A DNA stretch of 41,967 nucleotides from Myxococcota bacterium (GCA_023150835.1 JAKLKB010000052.1:1-41967), one strand, 5' to 3'; shown: positions 9,100 to 19,468, counted from the first letter of the stretch. Notes: generated from the letters alone by a model not told the origin. Numbers and translations are program-made.

Positions 9100-12000
9100 T
9101 TATTCGTAGAAGACTTGGACGTAGCGCTTCATCATGATGACCACAGTCTCAAGCTGGCGAAGCTCGGCTTCTTTTTCTTGAAGTTCGGCTTGGATCACAG
9201 CAGAGGTGGGTTGTGCAGCGCGAAGCACCTTGATCTTTTCGGCCAGCTCGCGACCGCGAGACACCAACTTGTAAGCGATGCTCTTTTGGTCGTTGGTTTG
9301 GACGGCAAAGTAGGTGCGTGTACCAGCGGCGTTGGTGAATTGGACGGTATCAGCGCCTTGAGGAGGGGTCCAAGCGGAGCCGTTGCCGGTGACACCGACG
9401 GTCATGTAATGGGTGTAGGTGTTTCCGAAGAGACCGCTGTTGAGTTCGGCCATCGCGATAAACATCCCGAAGTATTGGAGCAACGGGTGCCAGTTGGGTG
9501 CGATGGTCTTGTCGCCGTAGGTCATGGAGTATTTCTTCTCGAATTGGCCGGAGATAGCGCCTGCATAGATGTTGTGAACGTCATCTTTGGAGAAGAAGTC
9601 AGAGAAGTTCACGAAGAAGAAGTCGAGGCGGTTGACGTTGAGGCCCCAGTCTCGGATCGCAAGCGTGAGGAGCGCGATGTATTTGTCATACATGGTTCCG
9701 ATGCGATCAAAGCGGTACATCCCGAGGCCCATCTCATCTTGTTGGAGCTTGCTGTAGAAGTATCGGCCTACACCGACGGGGACATCCAACGGATTGGTTT
9801 TGTTGGGATCAGCGGAGGGGATGTAGCCGTTGGTTTCGGCGTTGAGGACGTGACGACCGGGTTCGGGGGTGGAGATCACGCGGTTAATAAAGGAGAGGCC
9901 GCGTTGGATGGCAGCGAGTTGGTTAAAGTATTCGGGGGAGCCTTGGAAGGCGTTTTCGTTGATGGTGCGGAAGATCCAGTTTTGGAAGAAGTCTGAGACC
10001 ACACGGAATTGATCGATGCGTGCGCCCAAGTACCAGCCACCAAGACGCCAGAAACGACGGCCTCGGTTCCAGTTGCTCAAGGGATAGTTTCCGTCGTAGC
10101 GACGGATCATGTTGTCGACGATCTCCATCGGATTGGAACCCGAGTCAAAACGGTTGCAATAGGGGCTTTGTCCGACGAGTTCATCCGAGCAGAAGCGGTA
10201 GTAGTGACGGCGCAGCGGCAAGGTGTCGAGCAAGATGTAGGGGATACCATCGCTGGTCGGCAAAGAGCCGGGGGGACGAACACCCAACAAGCCGTGAACC
10301 TTCATCAGCTCATCGCGATCGCTGACATCATCGACGGTCAGGCGAAGGATCGAGACGGGTTCACCGCCTTTTGCGGGGATACCTTTGGCTTCAAACAGGA
10401 CTTGGCTGGCATCCATGATCTTCATGGCGGGGACATCTTGACCTGTGACGGTCTTTTGGCCCTTCCAGAAAGAAGCGTCGAAAGTCGCGTCAGCGTCGGC
10501 TTTGATCTCGTTTCGGGTGATGCGGATATCGCTGAACATATCCTTGTAGATACCGGTTTTGGCGGATTGGATCTGCTTCTCGATATCAGCGAAGTAAGTG
10601 GCAAGGTTGCTGCGGCTGAGGTTAAGGTTTTCATCGGAGATCTCAAGGCGTGAGCCGTAGCCGTACATGATGGCGGCATGGTCATATTTGCCGATGCCGA
10701 CGACATCGCCATAGCGCTCGCCGTGATAGTCCATGATCGAGGAGTACATATAGAACCAGCGATGACGGTTGTCGCCATCTTCGCCCGGGACGTTTTCGCC
10801 CTGCTTGGCTTTGAGTTCGTTGTAATCTTTGAAGTAGTTGGGTTCATCGGCAGAGGCTTCAAAGTTGTGACGAAGGCCGAGGGTGTGGCCGATCTCGTGT
10901 GCTTGCGTACCGTAGAAGATGTAGCGTTCGAGTTTAACGATCAGCTCTTCACGCGAGATCTTCTCTTTTTCGACGGCTTTGACGAACTTGGTCATTGCGG
11001 GATCGACGTAGGAAGCGAGATAGATGTTGTGTTTGTTGAGGATGCGCTCTTCTTCAAAGAGCTTGTTCAACATGGAGAGTCGGCCAAAGTTGGAGGGGTT
11101 CATGTAGGAAGCAAGCATCTGCTCGACATGCTCGTTGGGCATCTTTTGGAGATCGAGAGCGTTGGCGTTGGGGAAGCTAGAGCGAAGGAGTTCTTCGGGG
11201 ATCATGGCCCAACGCAAGGAGGGTTCTTTGTCGAGGCGCATCAAGCGTTCTTGGATCTGAGCGCGGTCGAGGTTGCGGAGTTTGTGGATGCGCTCTTTGA
11301 AGACGGGGCTTGCGACGAATTGATGGGCTTGATCGAGATCGAAGCCTTGGAAGGCAGGGGCCATGATGGGTTGGTTGTCTTTGACGATCAAAGGTTGGCG
11401 CTTGGTGCCGTCGGGATTGAGATTGTTGACGATATCGAGGTAGTCTTTACCGTTGCGCAAGTCGTCATCGCTGTAGGCCCCGCGCACCATGTCATAGAGA
11501 AGTAAGAAGCGGTTGGCGACTTGTTTGACCGCACCACCGTAGACATAAGCTGCGGAGGAGATGATCTCGCCCGTATCAGGATCGGCAAAGCTCGGGCCAT
11601 AGCCAAGAAGGCCAAAGGAGATCGGTTCGCTGACCCAGTAAAAGAACTTGTAGCGGACATCGCCGATCTCGCGGCGTTGTCCTTTGGGGAGGCCATGATC
11701 GTTGGCGCGCAAGACGACGACGCGGTCGTTTGGATCGGAGCGATTGGTGGCGCGTTTGAAGGCGACGTTCCATTCGTCCATGATCTGGTAGGCGAAACCT
11801 TCCATATTTTTCGGGAAGTCGGGGGACATATAGTACACGATCTGGGAAGGCTTGCGTTGATCTTCGAGGGTATTGTTGGCTTTGTAGCTATCGAGTTCGG
11901 CTTGGGTGGCGACGTTGTGACGGTTGGTGAGGTATTGGTAGCTCCAGTCCGCAAGGCCACGATCGGGGTTGTATTGGAGGATGGTGGTACGGAAGAAGCC

Positions 12001-12756
12001 AAACTTTTCAAACTGCCCGTCGGTCATGGGTTTCGGGGTATAGGTGCTTTTCTTGACTTGACGGAAAGAGTTGCGGTAGCGGACGCGGAAAGAGCTGAGG
12101 TGCAAGCCCTGACCCCAAAGAGAAAAGACCCCGCCAAGCGCGGGAGAGAGGACATCTTCGGTGACGATGTCCATGTAGTCTTTTTCCATCTTGACTTCTT
12201 CGGGACGGACGTTGGTGGTCATCTCTTTCATGGCGGAGCTATAACCAAGCATCCGGTAGATCCAGAAAGAATCGGTAAAGTCGGTGATGGCTTGGCGTTC
12301 CCAAACGACCCGAAAATGGGGGCGTTGGTACCAAGGTTTGTCGACCATGTCTTCGACGATCACGTTGCTCGGTTCGCCTGTGGAGTAGTTGACACCATAG
12401 CGAACGGTAAAGTGGCCAGCGATCGGCCATGCCATGATGGGGGCAACGGTGGAGTCAGCGTTTCGGACGTTGGGTTGGACGGTGTAAGCAAAGAGATAAT
12501 TTTCGGTGATCTCCCAGCGGATCTTGTAGCCCTCGCCGGTGGCTCCTTTGAAGATGAATCCGGGAGTTTCGTAAGGTGCTTCGATTACGGTTTTTTGGAA
12601 ATACCAGTCGCCTTTGAACTGTTGCTTGTCCAAGGCAAGCGGTCGAACGGTGCTTCGATCACCGCGTGAGATGGCACATCCCGACCCTGCCATCGCCCCG
12701 AACGCCATCGCGCCGAGGAGAAGCAAGGCCAACGATGTTCGTTTGTGCCTAGCCAT
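9100..12756 (-). CDS. Large zinc-dependent metalloprotease lipoprotein (Met-zincin), paralog 1
   Basis: HEIGHTLGLRHNF zinc motif, SSIMDY Met-turn, lipobox GSGC; AAGGAGAG before ATG 12756. Confidence 0.9.
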   Translation of the reverse strand: MARHKRTSLALLLLGAMAFGAMAGSGCAISRGDRSTVRPLALDKQQFKGDWYFQKTVIEAPYETPGFIFKGATGEGYKIRWEITENYLFAYTVQPNVRNADSTVAPIMAWPIAGHFTVRYGVNYSTGEPSNVIVEDMVDKPWYQRPHFRVVWERQAITDFTDSFWIYRMLGYSSAMKEMTTNVRPEEVKMEKDYMDIVTEDVLSPALGGVFSLWGQGLHLSSFRVRYRNSFRQVKKSTYTPKPMTDGQFEKFGFFRTTILQYNPDRGLADWSYQYLTNRHNVATQAELDSYKANNTLEDQRKPSQIVYYMSPDFPKNMEGFAYQIMDEWNVAFKRATNRSDPNDRVVVLRANDHGLPKGQRREIGDVRYKFFYWVSEPISFGLLGYGPSFADPDTGEIISSAAYVYGGAVKQVANRFLLLYDMVRGAYSDDDLRNGKDYLDIVNNLNPDGTKRQPLIVKDNQPIMAPAFQGFDLDQAHQFVASPVFKERIHKLRNLDRAQIQERLMRLDKEPSLRWAMIPEELLRSSFPNANALDLQKMPNEHVEQMLASYMNPSNFGRLSMLNKLFEEERILNKHNIYLASYVDPAMTKFVKAVEKEKISREELIVKLERYIFYGTQAHEIGHTLGLRHNFEASADEPNYFKDYNELKAKQGENVPGEDGDNRHRWFYMYSSIMDYHGERYGDVVGIGKYDHAAIMYGYGSRLEISDENLNLSRSNLATYFADIEKQIQSAKTGIYKDMFSDIRITRNEIKADADATFDASFWKGQKTVTGQDVPAMKIMDASQVLFEAKGIPAKGGEPVSILRLTVDDVSDRDELMKVHGLLGVRPPGSLPTSDGIPYILLDTLPLRRHYYRFCSDELVGQSPYCNRFDSGSNPMEIVDNMIRRYDGNYPLSNWNRGRRFWRLGGWYLGARIDQFRVVSDFFQNWIFRTINENAFQGSPEYFNQLAAIQRGLSFINRVISTPEPGRHVLNAETNGYIPSADPNKTNPLDVPVGVGRYFYSKLQQDEMGLGMYRFDRIGTMYDKYIALLTLAIRDWGLNVNRLDFFFVNFSDFFSKDDVHNIYAGAISGQFEKKYSMTYGDKTIAPNWHPLLQYFGMFIAMAELNSGLFGNTYTHYMTVGVTGNGSAWTPPQGADTVQFTNAAGTRTYFAVQTNDQKSIAYKLVSRGRELAEKIKVLRAAQPTSAVIQAELQEKEAELRQLETVVIMMKRYVQVFYE

Positions 12757-12822
12757 GGGACTCTCCTTTATAATCTTGACGTTGTTTTTTTGATTCATTG
12801 TACCGCATTGATGCGGTGGGGC

Positions 12823-15800
12823 TTACTTTCCGCTGTAGAGCGAGACGTACCATTTCATGATCGTCAGGTTGGTTTCCAACAGATCGAGTTCGCCTTCTTT
12901 GCGCTCGATCTCGCTGCGTTGCACGTTGGGCGTACAGCAGCGGAGGAGTTCGAGTTCTCCAGCGAGTTCTTTGGCGCGAACAACCATCTTCCAAGCGATG
13001 CTGTTGTTGTCTTTGCTTTGGACGGCGAAGTATTCGCGGGTTCCGCGATAGTTGGTGAAGCTGAGGGTGCGCGACCCGGGGGGAGGCGTCCAGCTTGCGC
13101 CGTTGCCGGTGATGCCGACTTGCATGTACTCGGTGAAGGTGCTGTCGGTGACATCGTTGTTGAGCGCAGCAAGCGCAACAAACATCCCGATCTGTTGGAG
13201 GACAGGGTGCCATCCGGGTTGGACAGGGAGGGTTTTGTTGTTTTGGACGTGCTTAAACAACAAGTTGCTGTTTTTGTCCCAAACACCCGATATCGATTGA
13301 GAGAACAAGCCCAAGGAGTCGTCACGGAAGAGGTCGTAGAAGTTGGTGAAGACCCAGTTGAGATCGTTGTTATAGAAGTCCCATTGGCGGATGGCCATCA
13401 CAAGCATCGCGTAATACTTGTCGATAAAGAAACCAACACGGCGATAGCGCTGCGAAGACACACCGTAGTATCCGTCAACAAGGCGGGCAAACATATACTT
13501 GCCGACGCCGACGGGAAGGTTGACGATCTCGTCGTTGTAATCGGAAGGACGGCTGCTTTGGCGTTCCCAAACACCCGTGATCTTGTCTTTGAGGTGTTGT
13601 CCGACATCGGGGCGTAGGACGACGTTGGTCAAGAAGGTAAAGCCCAACTGGACGGCCTTGAGTTTGTCTTCAAAGTCTTTGGTGCTGCGGTAGTCGGGTT
13701 GGGTGATCAAGCGGTTGACAAAGTCTTGGTAGATCAGGGCGACGTTTTGATAAGCATTCATGGAAAGGCCGATGGCATCGCCCGTATAGAAGAGGCGACG
13801 GCCACGACGCCAATAACGCAGCGGATAGGTGCGTTCGTTGCTGTCGATCAAGTATTGGACGATCTCGGTTGCGGTGGTTCCGGTATCACGGCGCATACAG
13901 AAGGCATCTTGGCCGACGTTGTAATCTGAGCAGTAGCGGAAGTCGCGCAGTTTGAGAGCGTTTTGAGGATCGGCGTTTTGGCGATCGACGGAGAGATCCC
14001 ACTTGATGAGTTCGCCCTTTTTACGGGGGTCATCGACGGCTTTTTCGACAAGGCCACCGTAGATGAACGAGATGGCTGCGACGTCTGTTTTGCCGACGCC
14101 TTGGGAGTCGTTGTAGAGTTCGCCTGCGTAGTCCATGACCGAAGCGTTGCGATAGAAGTCTTTGTGGCCTGTGTCAGCAGGGCAAGGACCGCTGGTGCAT
14201 TCGGTGGCGGGAGTTTTGCCTTCTTTGAGATCCCAGTAGGCATTGGGGAAGTTGTGTTCGTCGGTGGAGCCTTTGAAGTTGTGCATCAAGCCGAGGGTGT
14301 GGCCGACTTCGTGAGCGGTGACGGAAGTGATCAAGAGTTCCATGATGCGCTTGCGCACTTCGTCGCGGGGGGTTTTTTGCTTGGCGTGGAACTCGACAAA
14401 GGTACGCACAGCGGGGTCTGCGTAGGCTTGCATGTACATGTTGTGTTTGGAGGGACGCCACATCTCATGTTGTTGCAAGTGCAGGTTGGTGGGTCGCAAG
14501 ATCTCGGTGGGGTTGTAATAGTTGAGATGGCGTTGGACATCTTGATCGGGATCGGACAAGAGTGCAGCGGGGTTTTCGACGTCGGGACGGGCCAATTCGA
14601 GGAAGTCTTGGCTCATCATCATGCGCTTGAGGTTGAGATCATCGTCGATACGGGCCATCCGCGCTTGGATCATCGAACCATCGAGTTTGCGGAGTTGTTG
14701 CATTTGTTGGAAGAAGTTGGTGCTCAACACGCGCGAACGAAGTTGGTTGAGATCCATGCGGGTTTTGGGGGCCATGAAAGATTGCGTGTACTTTTGTGTG
14801 GACTCACCGTTGAGGCCGACCATGATGTTAAAGTCGCGCAAGCGATCCACGGCAGCGAAGTATTCGGCGCTGTTGGTGATATCTTGATCGGTGAAGCGGC
14901 CCGTGATCATATCGAAGTAAGTCATATAAGTATCGACGATACGGCGATAAGCTCCTGCGTAGATGTACGCAGCACCGTGGATGATCTGGCCGGAGTCGGG
15001 GTCTGTGATGCTCGGGCCAAAGCCCAAAAGACCGAAGGCAAGGGGTGTATCGACCCACCAAACGAAGTTATAGCGGATATCACCGAGTTCACGGCGAACT
15101 TTGGTGGCGTCTGCGCAGGCTTTGAAGTCTTCGGGCTTGGCATCCACGAGGGAAAGCTTGCAAGAGGCGGGGACGTTGGCTTTTTCGGCCTCATCGGGTC
15201 CGTCTTCGCGTTTGAGGGCGGGATATCCGTTCATACGGAGTTCAAAGCAGGTATCGCTGCGGCCCGTAGCGGTTTGGAAGGCTTGGTTCCAGCCGCGTTC
15301 GACCGTACGCATCGAAGGGAGCATATCGGTGGGGAAAGCAGGCGACAGGTAATACACGACTTTGCGGGGTTTTTGTTGGGCGATCGGGGTATTTTCCGAG
15401 GTGTATCGTTGGATATCTTCGGCGCTCGCGATGTTGTGGCGGTTGGCGTACATCTTGTAGCTCCAGTCCACGAGACCGCGTTCGGGATGGAAGCGCACAA
15501 CGGTAGTACGGAATACACCGAATTTATCGAGCATATAATCGTTGTATTCTTTGGGCTGATAGGTCGAGGGCTTGACCTTGCGGAAGGCGTGGCGTGTGCG
15601 CACGCGGTACGAAGACATCGGGATCTCAAGGATAAAGCTGTACACGGCTTGGGTGTAGTTGGCCGCCGTAACGATATCGTCGGTGACAAAGCCGATGTAG
15701 TCGTTTTGGGTAGTGTCGTTGGGATCTTGGCCAAAGACGAATTGTTCGGGTGGGACGTAGGTTGCGGGGGCGACGCGCATCAAGCCGATCCATTGGTAGT

Positions 15801-16314
15801 AGGTACGGATGATATCGCTAAAGTCCGCGATCACGGAGGCTTCCCAATGAACGCGCATGAACTTTCGCTCATACCAAGGCGGACCATCGGAGGATTCTTC
15901 GACGATCACGTTCGAGGGTTCGCCCGTAACGTAGTTGAGGCGAGGCTTGATATCAAAGTGGCGAGAGATCGGCCACGCAGCCACGGGCGTCAAAGCGCTC
16001 TGGGTGTTTCGAACGTTGGGCGAAGCGTTGAAGGCAAACAGATAACGCTCGGTCACTTCAAAGCGGACCTTTGCGCCTTCGCCGTAGGCTCCTGCACCCG
16101 CGAAGAGACCGCTGGTACCGGGAAGAGTAGCTTCGTAAGGAGCTTCGTACACCGTCTTTTGGTAGTACCACTCCCCTTGGAATTGTTTTTTGTCCAGCGC
16201 CAGCGGCTGCACGAGGCTTCGGTCCGCACGTCGGTAGGCACAGCCTGAACCGAATGTGGACGAGACAGCCATCGTGAACACCGCGAACGCCGCAAGGAAC
16301 AGGCGTCGTCTCAT
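12823..16314 (-). CDS. Large zinc-dependent metalloprotease lipoprotein (Met-zincin), paralog 2
   Basis: HEVGHTLGLMHNF, ASVMDY Met-turn, lipobox GSGC; AAGGAGGAG before ATG 16314; collinear with paralog 1. Confidence 0.9.
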   Translation of the reverse strand: MRRRLFLAAFAVFTMAVSSTFGSGCAYRRADRSLVQPLALDKKQFQGEWYYQKTVYEAPYEATLPGTSGLFAGAGAYGEGAKVRFEVTERYLFAFNASPNVRNTQSALTPVAAWPISRHFDIKPRLNYVTGEPSNVIVEESSDGPPWYERKFMRVHWEASVIADFSDIIRTYYQWIGLMRVAPATYVPPEQFVFGQDPNDTTQNDYIGFVTDDIVTAANYTQAVYSFILEIPMSSYRVRTRHAFRKVKPSTYQPKEYNDYMLDKFGVFRTTVVRFHPERGLVDWSYKMYANRHNIASAEDIQRYTSENTPIAQQKPRKVVYYLSPAFPTDMLPSMRTVERGWNQAFQTATGRSDTCFELRMNGYPALKREDGPDEAEKANVPASCKLSLVDAKPEDFKACADATKVRRELGDIRYNFVWWVDTPLAFGLLGFGPSITDPDSGQIIHGAAYIYAGAYRRIVDTYMTYFDMITGRFTDQDITNSAEYFAAVDRLRDFNIMVGLNGESTQKYTQSFMAPKTRMDLNQLRSRVLSTNFFQQMQQLRKLDGSMIQARMARIDDDLNLKRMMMSQDFLELARPDVENPAALLSDPDQDVQRHLNYYNPTEILRPTNLHLQQHEMWRPSKHNMYMQAYADPAVRTFVEFHAKQKTPRDEVRKRIMELLITSVTAHEVGHTLGLMHNFKGSTDEHNFPNAYWDLKEGKTPATECTSGPCPADTGHKDFYRNASVMDYAGELYNDSQGVGKTDVAAISFIYGGLVEKAVDDPRKKGELIKWDLSVDRQNADPQNALKLRDFRYCSDYNVGQDAFCMRRDTGTTATEIVQYLIDSNERTYPLRYWRRGRRLFYTGDAIGLSMNAYQNVALIYQDFVNRLITQPDYRSTKDFEDKLKAVQLGFTFLTNVVLRPDVGQHLKDKITGVWERQSSRPSDYNDEIVNLPVGVGKYMFARLVDGYYGVSSQRYRRVGFFIDKYYAMLVMAIRQWDFYNNDLNWVFTNFYDLFRDDSLGLFSQSISGVWDKNSNLLFKHVQNNKTLPVQPGWHPVLQQIGMFVALAALNNDVTDSTFTEYMQVGITGNGASWTPPPGSRTLSFTNYRGTREYFAVQSKDNNSIAWKMVVRAKELAGELELLRCCTPNVQRSEIERKEGELDLLETNLTIMKWYVSLYSGK

Positions 16315-16534
16315 CGTGGGCTCCTCCTTGTAGGGGTAAAACGAGGGTTTCGTTGCGCGGTTTTTTGGGATGGCCCAAAAGACCGCGTTGGGGTAACAGG
16401 TCGATATCTTGCGTTGTGTTGCGTCATCGTTGCTCGACATCTCTCGATGTTTCGATGTGAGAGAAAACAGGGCGAAACGCGCTTGTTTTCTTCGGTATTG
16501 TTTTGCGATCTGTTTTTGCGATCTGTTTTTGTGA

Positions 16535-17647
16535 TCAGACCGAGCCGCCGAGGCTCAGACCAAACGAGCCGTACTGAAGACGGAAAGGGTTCCGAATGAC
16601 CCAGATCGACTGGCCGTTGGCGTTGTTTTGGAACTCGAACTGCGGTCCTGCGTTGCTGTAGCGCAGACTGATAGCGATCCATTGGTTGAAACGATACGAG
16701 GCCGACAAACTAAAGCCGTAGCTGTTTCCTTCGTTGAGGGGGTAGGAAGCGAGATCGGCAGGGGTCAATTTCTCGCTCCCGAAGACTTGGGGGCCGTCAG
16801 GGTTGGCGTAAGCGTCTGCAAAAGAGTAACCCACCCCAAAGAAGATGCTCAATCCCAAGCTAAAGTTCATCACGGGCGTAAAGCCCATCGAGATCGCGTG
16901 GGACATCCCCCAACGTTGGTTCAGGCCGGGGATGCCGGCCAGTTCGGGGTTATAGATCCCGCTGTCTTGGAGGTAGAAGTTGAAGTTGGTGCTAAACGAG
17001 TAGCTGAGGCGCAGGCGTCCATACCAAAACGACCGCCCCACCGAGATAGACGGCGAAAGGCTTGTGATCAACGTGCTTTGACGGGAGCTTGGGGAAAGAG
17101 GAACGTTGGCTCCAAGACCAAAGCTGAATCGAAACCCCGTCAAGCGCTCAGTAAAGAGACCTTTGCTGATGCCGAATCCGAGATCGCGGATCAAGACTTG
17201 GCGAGCGATCCGACCCGTGTCGACGTTGTCGCTCAGCGCTTGGCTCAAGCCCCAACTTGCGCTGAAACCGAGATCGCTCCACCACCCCAACACGCCGTAT
17301 TGTGCGAGCGATGCAGACAAAGACCAGCTAACGCTTGCGCTAATACGCGGGCTGACGGCGAGGTTGTCCCCGCTGGCGTTGACTTCGGCGCTGTTGCCAA
17401 AGGCCACTTTGGACGCTGAGGGCGCAAAGTAAGCAGGCGTATAGCCAAACCCGACGCCGTAGCTCAACATCGGCAAGTGAGGCGCCCAATCGCGGAAATA
17501 AGCAGGTGGTTTGGGGACAGACCAGTCGCTTTGGATATCTTGGTAGGACTCGGGAGTGAGGGGGACATTTTGAGCATAGACCGAAACAGGCGACACAGCC
17601 CCGACCCAAAACAACAGCGCAAAAGAGCAAGAGCAAAAGAAGCGCAT
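16535..17647 (-). CDS. Putative outer-membrane beta-barrel protein
   Basis: Signal peptide (MRFF...VYA-Q) followed by many alternating amphipathic strands (e.g. RLRLSYSFSTNFNFY, YGFSLSASYRF). Confidence 0.65.
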   Translation of the reverse strand: MRFFCSCSFALLFWVGAVSPVSVYAQNVPLTPESYQDIQSDWSVPKPPAYFRDWAPHLPMLSYGVGFGYTPAYFAPSASKVAFGNSAEVNASGDNLAVSPRISASVSWSLSASLAQYGVLGWWSDLGFSASWGLSQALSDNVDTGRIARQVLIRDLGFGISKGLFTERLTGFRFSFGLGANVPLSPSSRQSTLITSLSPSISVGRSFWYGRLRLSYSFSTNFNFYLQDSGIYNPELAGIPGLNQRWGMSHAISMGFTPVMNFSLGLSIFFGVGYSFADAYANPDGPQVFGSEKLTPADLASYPLNEGNSYGFSLSASYRFNQWIAISLRYSNAGPQFEFQNNANGQSIWVIRNPFRLQYGSFGLSLGGSV

Positions 17648-17886
17648 CGCAGCGGAAGATACGGCAGGGAGTGTGCGAACGGGAGCCGCAACGGCGAGTG
17701 CTGCTGTCGAGGTGCGAGGCGTCTGATGGGTCGCTGTCGTCGCTTGGATCGCTGTGTCGGTTCCGCCATTTGCGCCGATTGATCGTTTTGATCGTGTCGC
17801 GTGCATGAACTGTGTCAACCTCGTCTTGTGTAGGGCAGATCGGTGGCTTGGTCTGTAGAGTGATTTGCGTTTCATCTTCAACATAT

Positions 17887-17906
17887 TGAAATCAAAAATG
17901 ATTTCA
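17887..17906. promoter_or_regulatory. Perfect 8-4-8 palindrome, Fur/Zur-family-like operator
   Basis: TGAAATCA-AAAA-TGATTTCA in an AT-rich patch about 240 bp upstream of the OMP gene. Confidence 0.55.
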
Positions 17907-18364
17907 CTTTCTTTGTTATGCGCATGGGTGAACTGTAATGAGAAAGCTCGCGTGGGGCGTTGGGGCGAAGAAGGAGAGGAAGAAGCAGGAGAGCCGATCA
18001 CAGAAACCGAGCGCTGTCCTTGGGGTCTTTGGTTCCACATACTTTTATCGGGCCATGAAAACTTTTTTGGGAATAAAACAAAAAGTCGTTGAACTTCGTT
18101 CACTTAACATCGTGCAAGAGTCGCCATTTGGGTCGTGATACACAGGAGCGAACGCTTTGTAGCACGGAGTGGATCAATTTCGCAATTCTGTTTTTACATC
18201 GGGCTGGGCAGATCTGTTTTTTACATCGCGCTGGACAAAAGCGCTTCGTTTTGGCATGGTGAACAAAGCACGAAACTTTTGGCCAAGGTGAGCCGAAGAC
18301 TAAAGGGAAGTGTGTATACTTTCCGTTTTGTTGGCTTAGCCAACCCATCTGGAGGATAAAGATC

Positions 18365-18610
18365 ATGGCCGTTCGCGTTGGAAATCAGGCAGTCGGCGGA
18401 ACCTACCTACAAGCCCTTCGTTCCCGAGGCGTCGAGCAAAGCTTCAGCGTGCGTGACGACCTCAGCGTCAAATACTTCAAAGATTCTTATGAGCGCAGCT
18501 CCGTACAGCTTCGTTGGTCCCAATTCCAAGGCGGCGATGGTTGGATGGGTTCGGGCACCCAATCGGGCGCACAACCCTATGCTCCTTGGCAACCCCACCG
18601 CTCGGCTTGA
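18365..18610 (+). CDS. Small hypothetical protein (81 aa)
   Basis: GGAGG RBS at suitable spacing; fills an otherwise empty gap; no recognisable family. Confidence 0.55.
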   Translation: MAVRVGNQAVGGTYLQALRSRGVEQSFSVRDDLSVKYFKDSYERSSVQLRWSQFQGGDGWMGSGTQSGAQPYAPWQPHRSA

Positions 18611-18753
18611 TCCGTCTCTTCGGCTCTACTCTTCCATCCCCCTCCAAACTCTTCCATCCCCCTCCCCTACCTTTCCCGCTCAACTCTATCCATTCCAACC
18701 CTTATTTGTCGGTTGCGTCGGTTCTGTCTTTCGGGAGCATACAAAACCCGTGA

Positions 18754-19230
18754 TCAGTTCTTTTTGGCACCTTCGGCGATCCAAGTGCGGATGGCTTCGC
18801 TTTGTTCAAGCCATAGGGGAGCGCGATCGAGGGGCATTCGAGCGCCTGCTTTGGGTTTGTCTTGTGTGATCTTGAGGTACAGGTAGCTTTTGTCGGGAGA
18901 ACCGGGTTCGATCTGTTTGAGGGGGAAGCCTTGTCCGCTGGGGATGCCGTCTTTTCCGCCGACGATGCTTTCGTAGGTGTCTTTTTGCAACTGGAGCAAT
19001 TGAAAGCCTTCTGCGCCGTGACAGCCGCTGCCAGAGCAGTTGGCGATCAGTAGGGGCTTTACGCAGGTAGAAAAGGAAACATTGGTTTGGCTACAAACGG
19101 CGTTGGGGGCGCAAGCACTCGGCCATACGGAAAGCCCCAAAAGTGCGAAGAATCCGCAAGAAAAGCCAAGAAAGCGCTTGGATGAGCGAGTTTGAGGCAT
19201 CATCGGTGGTTGGATGTGAGACATCGTCAT
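18754..19230 (-). CDS. Putative cytochrome c lipoprotein, CX4CH motif (planctomycete cytochrome c-like)
   Basis: CSGSGCH, PGSPDKSYL, RMP and WIAEGA motifs; lipobox-like SAC. Confidence 0.75.
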   Translation of the reverse strand: MTMSHIQPPMMPQTRSSKRFLGFSCGFFALLGLSVWPSACAPNAVCSQTNVSFSTCVKPLLIANCSGSGCHGAEGFQLLQLQKDTYESIVGGKDGIPSGQGFPLKQIEPGSPDKSYLYLKITQDKPKAGARMPLDRAPLWLEQSEAIRTWIAEGAKKN

Positions 19231-19332
19231 GGTGTCCTTGTATCTGTGGTCTTGTCGTTGTGATCTTGTGTTTTGTATCTTGTTGTCACACAGCGCGGAA
19301 AATGCCTTGGGGTGGGCTTTTTGGATGGAGTG

Positions 19333-19447
19333 ATACGATATCCGAGTGATGTGTATACACAAGGATAGTACGTAGACGCCCTATCATTGGGCAGCCACAG
19401 GGGGCTGCCCCTACATCGTTTGATCACGCAATGGGCGGATTTCGTAT
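19333..19447 (-). repeat. 115-bp TIR-bounded REP element
   Basis: ATACGATATCCG ... GGGCAGCCACAGGGGGCTGCCCCTAC ... CGGATTTCGTAT. Confidence 0.85.
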
Positions 19448-19468
19448 GATATCGCTTGTTGGAGTGCT

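Noticed and set aside
7843-16248. Long plus-strand ORFs (7843-9996, 10678-11505, 11521-12669, 13963-16248)
   Set aside because: Antisense shadows of the codon-biased metalloprotease and lipoprotein genes; no motifs or RBS.
17648-18103. N-terminal extension of the OMP ORF
   Set aside because: The signal peptide starts at 17647; the upstream part is low-complexity and contains the operator-like palindrome.
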